Source: Carcharhinus longimanus
Lineage: Eukaryota
Direction: 5' to 3'
Assembly (NCBI GenBank): GCA_030264375.1
Contig: JASCQW010000137.1
Coordinates: 30,151,465 to 30,215,464 of the forward strand
DNA: 64,000 nt
The notes below the pieces were generated by a model. The model was not told the DNA's origin. It searched no databases and saw nothing but the letters and a program-made list of their open reading frames with translations. A program made the position numbers and the translations under genes. Positions 60,001 to 64,000 of this stretch are shown one piece after another (the stretch's first letter is position 1; each line of letters starts with the position of its first letter).

Positions 60001-62221
60001 GGTTACGCAATAGGTTAAGTAAAGAATGCCACTTCGATCTGGAAAATGTTGGTGATGAATTTATGAGTTTTATGCAGAAAATGTGAGAGTTGAGTTTTTC
60101 TAATGTTTACGTGAAAGAAAGCATTTAACATAAACCAGATGGTGATACATTTGCAATGTACCTATACAAGAGTATTGTGCAATATGACTCCTTTTTGCTG
60201 AATGTAGAATCTAGAACTTTCCATCTGCAAAAGAGCATCTATCAAGAAAAGTGTTTGCAAAATAGCCACTCACAGTCAACATTTTAAATTGAAATGTGCA
60301 GTATGTTTAGGTATCATCAGTTAGGAGTTGTATTATTCATTCATAGTCTGACATGTAACTCAATAATTCTGGTAGTTTAATGTTCAAATCCCAGAATAAA
60401 TGTTCATGTACTTTAGCAAAATGTTGAAAGGTAGATATGCGACAACCGTTTCCTGCAGCTTTATGTAATTTTCCTGCGAGGTGGCTAATTTTATTTGACA
60501 ATTGTATATTTGGAAAAATGCTGTTGTGTAGTGTAAGGTTTTCTTGTGTCCAGGCATGTCAGTTTTGGTTGTTGTTAAATGCACTTGTACGAGGAAAATC
60601 TCTTTCTGTTATTTGTGTCACAAATTTGAAAGTAAAGTTACGCATCTATGATTTTGCCACAAATAGCAAAACGAAAGTTTTCTGTCCATCACAAGAGCCT
60701 ATTGTAAATATGATTTAAGATTTCTAATAAATGTGTCACTTCATTCAATGTAAACACTGTTTGCAGTTTCTTTCTTACATATCTTTTGCAGATTTTTCAA
60801 GGTTACATTAATCATATTCCCTGCTATATAATAATTAAACAACTTAGGAGAAGTGCAGTGAAATCATGAAAAATTTTGACCATCTTTTTGGATAAACCTA
60901 ATATCTTCCAATCCAAAAGGCAAATCTACCAAGCCATCCGTGACGGCAACTCTTTCCAAAGCAAACAAAAGCAGTCCAGCGCAAAAATATTCCCAGAAGT
61001 CATAATTCATTTGCAGGAAGCAGAAAATAGCCTATAAAATGTCCCTGAAGTACAATTGGCAGATCAGCAGCACAAACCAACAGTGCACCCATATCGAGTT
61101 GATGGGTCCTTTAACGAGTGCTCAGGCAGATTTTATTGACTGTTAGTGTCGCAGTTTGCTAGATGAGCTTATCATATGGCAAGTCAGTCACTGAGGCAGA
61201 CCAACTATAAAAAGTTAATAGCAGGGTCCTGTCCAATGAACAAATAATGACAGCAGTACAAAGAGGTTTATCTTTGACCTCTGGACACCCAGATGTCAAA
61301 CCAATTTAAATAACATTGCAATCAAAGCACTCATGTACTGTGCTATTTATACAGCATTTGCACTACTAATGTCAACTAATATAAAGCAGGTTCTAACAAG
61401 ATAATGAGAGGGAAAGTGAAAGCCATTAGATTCAACAAGTGCATTTTTATCTCTACCTAATCTATCTTTTAGCATTTAACTTAAATCATTTTCTTTTTTT
61501 CCTGAACTATCTCTTAAGTCATGGTTCCCAATGTTTCTATGACATGGCACACGCTATAATATAAAAATATTTTGAGATACACTTCTTATTTTCTCTGATT
61601 TCTTCTCTTGCAAGTTTTTAACTTTTCTCTGTTCTCTCACCTGTGTTTTTTTCAACCTCTCCTTGTCTCTCTTGCTTCTCCCAGGGTCTCAACGCACAGA
61701 TTTTGCTTCTTGTGCAGGTGTGTGAGACCTTTGTCTTCAGCTCCAAGTCCTCTTGGTCATGTGTAAGGGCTTGACCAACATAAAAAATCTAAACCACGCA
61801 TGAGCAGCTCTTTCCCAGCCGGCACACATGCAGGAATCCCAAGATTCAACAGGTCTTTGAGTTGCCAACCACAGAGCTGAAGGCAAAGATTACTTCTGTT
61901 GAATTACATCAATCATTTTGTTTTTTCCTGTGGCACACTTGGGGCGGGGTGGTGGAGATACACTAGAGAAACAGTGATCCTCTTCAATCATCTTCTCTGG
62001 CTAAATATTCCATCATCCCAGTAATATATGGAACAAAAGAAAGTTCTACATTTTCCTTCTTATTTATAACTTTTTCACTTTTAACTGGTGTTCCCAATCA
62101 TTTAAACATTTTGATATTTACGTGGGTCAATTCTCTTTGTCGTCTTAAAAGAATGGAAATTCAACTTTCCTAACCTTCATAGACAATCAAAATGGAGCAA
62201 CTTAATATATTTCTCTTCACC

Positions 62222-62459
62222 TTTAATGACTTCAATCAGGCCATTGAGGTTGGTCTATTGGAATACAAGCTCCCTGATTAAGGAGTTGATTGATGGGCTA
62301 GCCAGGGGGTCTTTTCTTTGTATTTAACCAGTAGTCAGTAGTCTACCTTTGGCAGTGCCAAAGGTAGGCTACTGACTGATAACACTCTGTGTACTGCTGT
62401 TGGAATTGTAAATAAGAGAAATCTGGTGAAGGGATTTCTGCCTCCGTGAACTCATTACA
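62222..62459 (+). mobile_element. Second copy of the short solo LTR family with 5-bp TSD
   Basis: Homologous to 51739-51973; T(T)TAAT...ATTACA; TCACC on both sides (62217-62221, 62460-62464). Confidence 0.88.
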
Positions 62460-62589
62460 TCACCTCTCTTCATAATACAGACAAAAAAACTGAAAATATA
62501 TTTCAGACATCAACTAATTACAAATAGGCAGATAAAAGACACAAGATGCCCACACAGAAGATAAACAGACAACTTTCTTGGAACTACAC

Positions 62590-62898
62590 GGTTGAAGGAG
62601 ACGGAACCTATGTTCAGGACATACTTGGACAGGTACATGGATGAGAGGGGTGTGGAGGGATATGGTCCAGGTGCAGGTCAGTGGAACTAGGCAGAAAAAN
62701 NNNNNNNNNNNNNNNNNNNNNNNNNNNNNNNNNNNNNNNNNNNNNNNNNNNNNNNNNNNNNNNNNNNNNNNNNNNNNNNNNNNNNNNNNNNNNNNNNNNG
62801 AACTGATCCACTTCAGATCAGCCATGATCTTATTGAATGGCGGGGCAGGCTCGAGGGGCTAGATGGCCTACTCCTGGTCCTATTTCTTATGTTCTTAT
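62590..62898 (+). mobile_element. CR1 3' pieces across a gap
   Basis: FRTYLDRYMD-like text before the gap; GATCAGCCATGATCTTATTGAATGGCGGGGCAGG tail after it. Confidence 0.8.
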
Positions 62899-64000
62899 TA
62901 AAGGCAACCCCCTCCCCACCCCCACTGTTCCCCCGGCAGTTTCCCGGTGGAGAGGCAAGTGAGTCATACAAAATACCGTAGACCTCAGCGGGACTGGAAA
63001 CTCCCACTGGGTGACCAATGATGAGCTGCCACCACTGCTGGGAAACATGCCACAGGGGGACTGGAAAGTAAAGCCCTCTGTTTCTCTCTGCACAGACGCT
63101 GCCAGTCATGCTGAGTATTTCCACAGTTTCTGTTTGATCTACAAGCTCCATTCCTTGATTTTTTTTTAAATTTATGCTTTTACAGGATAAGGGCTTTGGT
63201 GACAAGGACAACATTTATTGCCAAACCCAAATTGCACTTGTGCTTCTGGAGCGCAACAGAACTATTACAGAGGATAATTAAGAATGAACATATTGCTGTA
63301 CGTCCAGAGTTATGTAGAAGTCAGACAGGTATGGACAGCAAATATCCTCCTCTAACAGATATTAATTTAACTTCAATCCAATAATTCTGTGGTCATCATT
63401 ATTGATACTATCTGTTTTTTAATCCTAGATTTTGTTTCAATAATTGAATTTAAATTTCTCAGTTGCCGTGATGGGATTTGAGCTGATGAATTAATCCAGG
63501 CTCAGAATTAGTCCTTTGTCATGTATTAAGGCCAGAATTTTACTTCCCTGCCCGCCACGAGAATCAGAGCGAGCGAGTTGGCGAAACATGGAAAGGTCAA
63601 TTGGCCTCAAGTGGGATTCTGCGGTTTTGGGACAAGCGAGGCTGTATCATCCCACCCTACGTTACTGTGTCATTAATCAACAAACAATATACTTATAAAT
63701 GTATTCCTTGGTGTATAACAGGAACAATACGCGATTACACCATCCATAGATATTTACAATCACTGGCATAGTCCTACCTTGTGTTTGGTGAAAATATAAA
63801 AGAAAAATCAAACTTGTACTTATTAATGTTATCCATATCTTTAAGAAAAAATTCATAGTAAATTTATGTAGGCTTCTGATAGTCCATAAGTAAAATAACT
63901 TTCATATATGTGGTGCCTTTCATAGCCTTGCAATGTCCCAGGGCAGATCCCAGCTGTTGAAGTACTTATGAAGTATAGTCACTGATTGGGATTTTGTGTT

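Overview
Eukaryotic, repeat-rich genomic DNA from a cartilaginous fish (shark), judged from about 20 HE1/V-type tRNA-derived SINEs and their CR1 (HER1-like) partner LINE. It is a draft assembly with many N gaps, several of which collapse repeats. The only recognisable host genes are two tandem, co-oriented class A GPCRs of the urotensin-II receptor family. The first is UTS2R1-like at 33520, cut by a gap before TM7. The second is an intact single-coding-exon UTS2R2-like gene at 35708-36817. The pair shares long identical nucleotide tracts suggestive of gene conversion. The rest is a layered transposon landscape: CR1, L2 and Rex1 LINE fragments, four solo LTRs (three with exact TSDs), and a Penelope element with inverted pseudo-LTRs carrying degenerate hammerhead-ribozyme cores. 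There are also at least three decayed PIF/Harbinger Myb/SANT genes that keep their exon-intron structure. The most puzzling segment is an unassigned ~2.4 kb insert (9953-12115 plus 13503-13770) with LTR-like signals, a 42-bp repeat pair 748 bp apart and apparently paralogous peptide motifs; it may be a viral or retroviral relic. All calls were made by eye, and TE boundaries are approximate unless a TSD is quoted.
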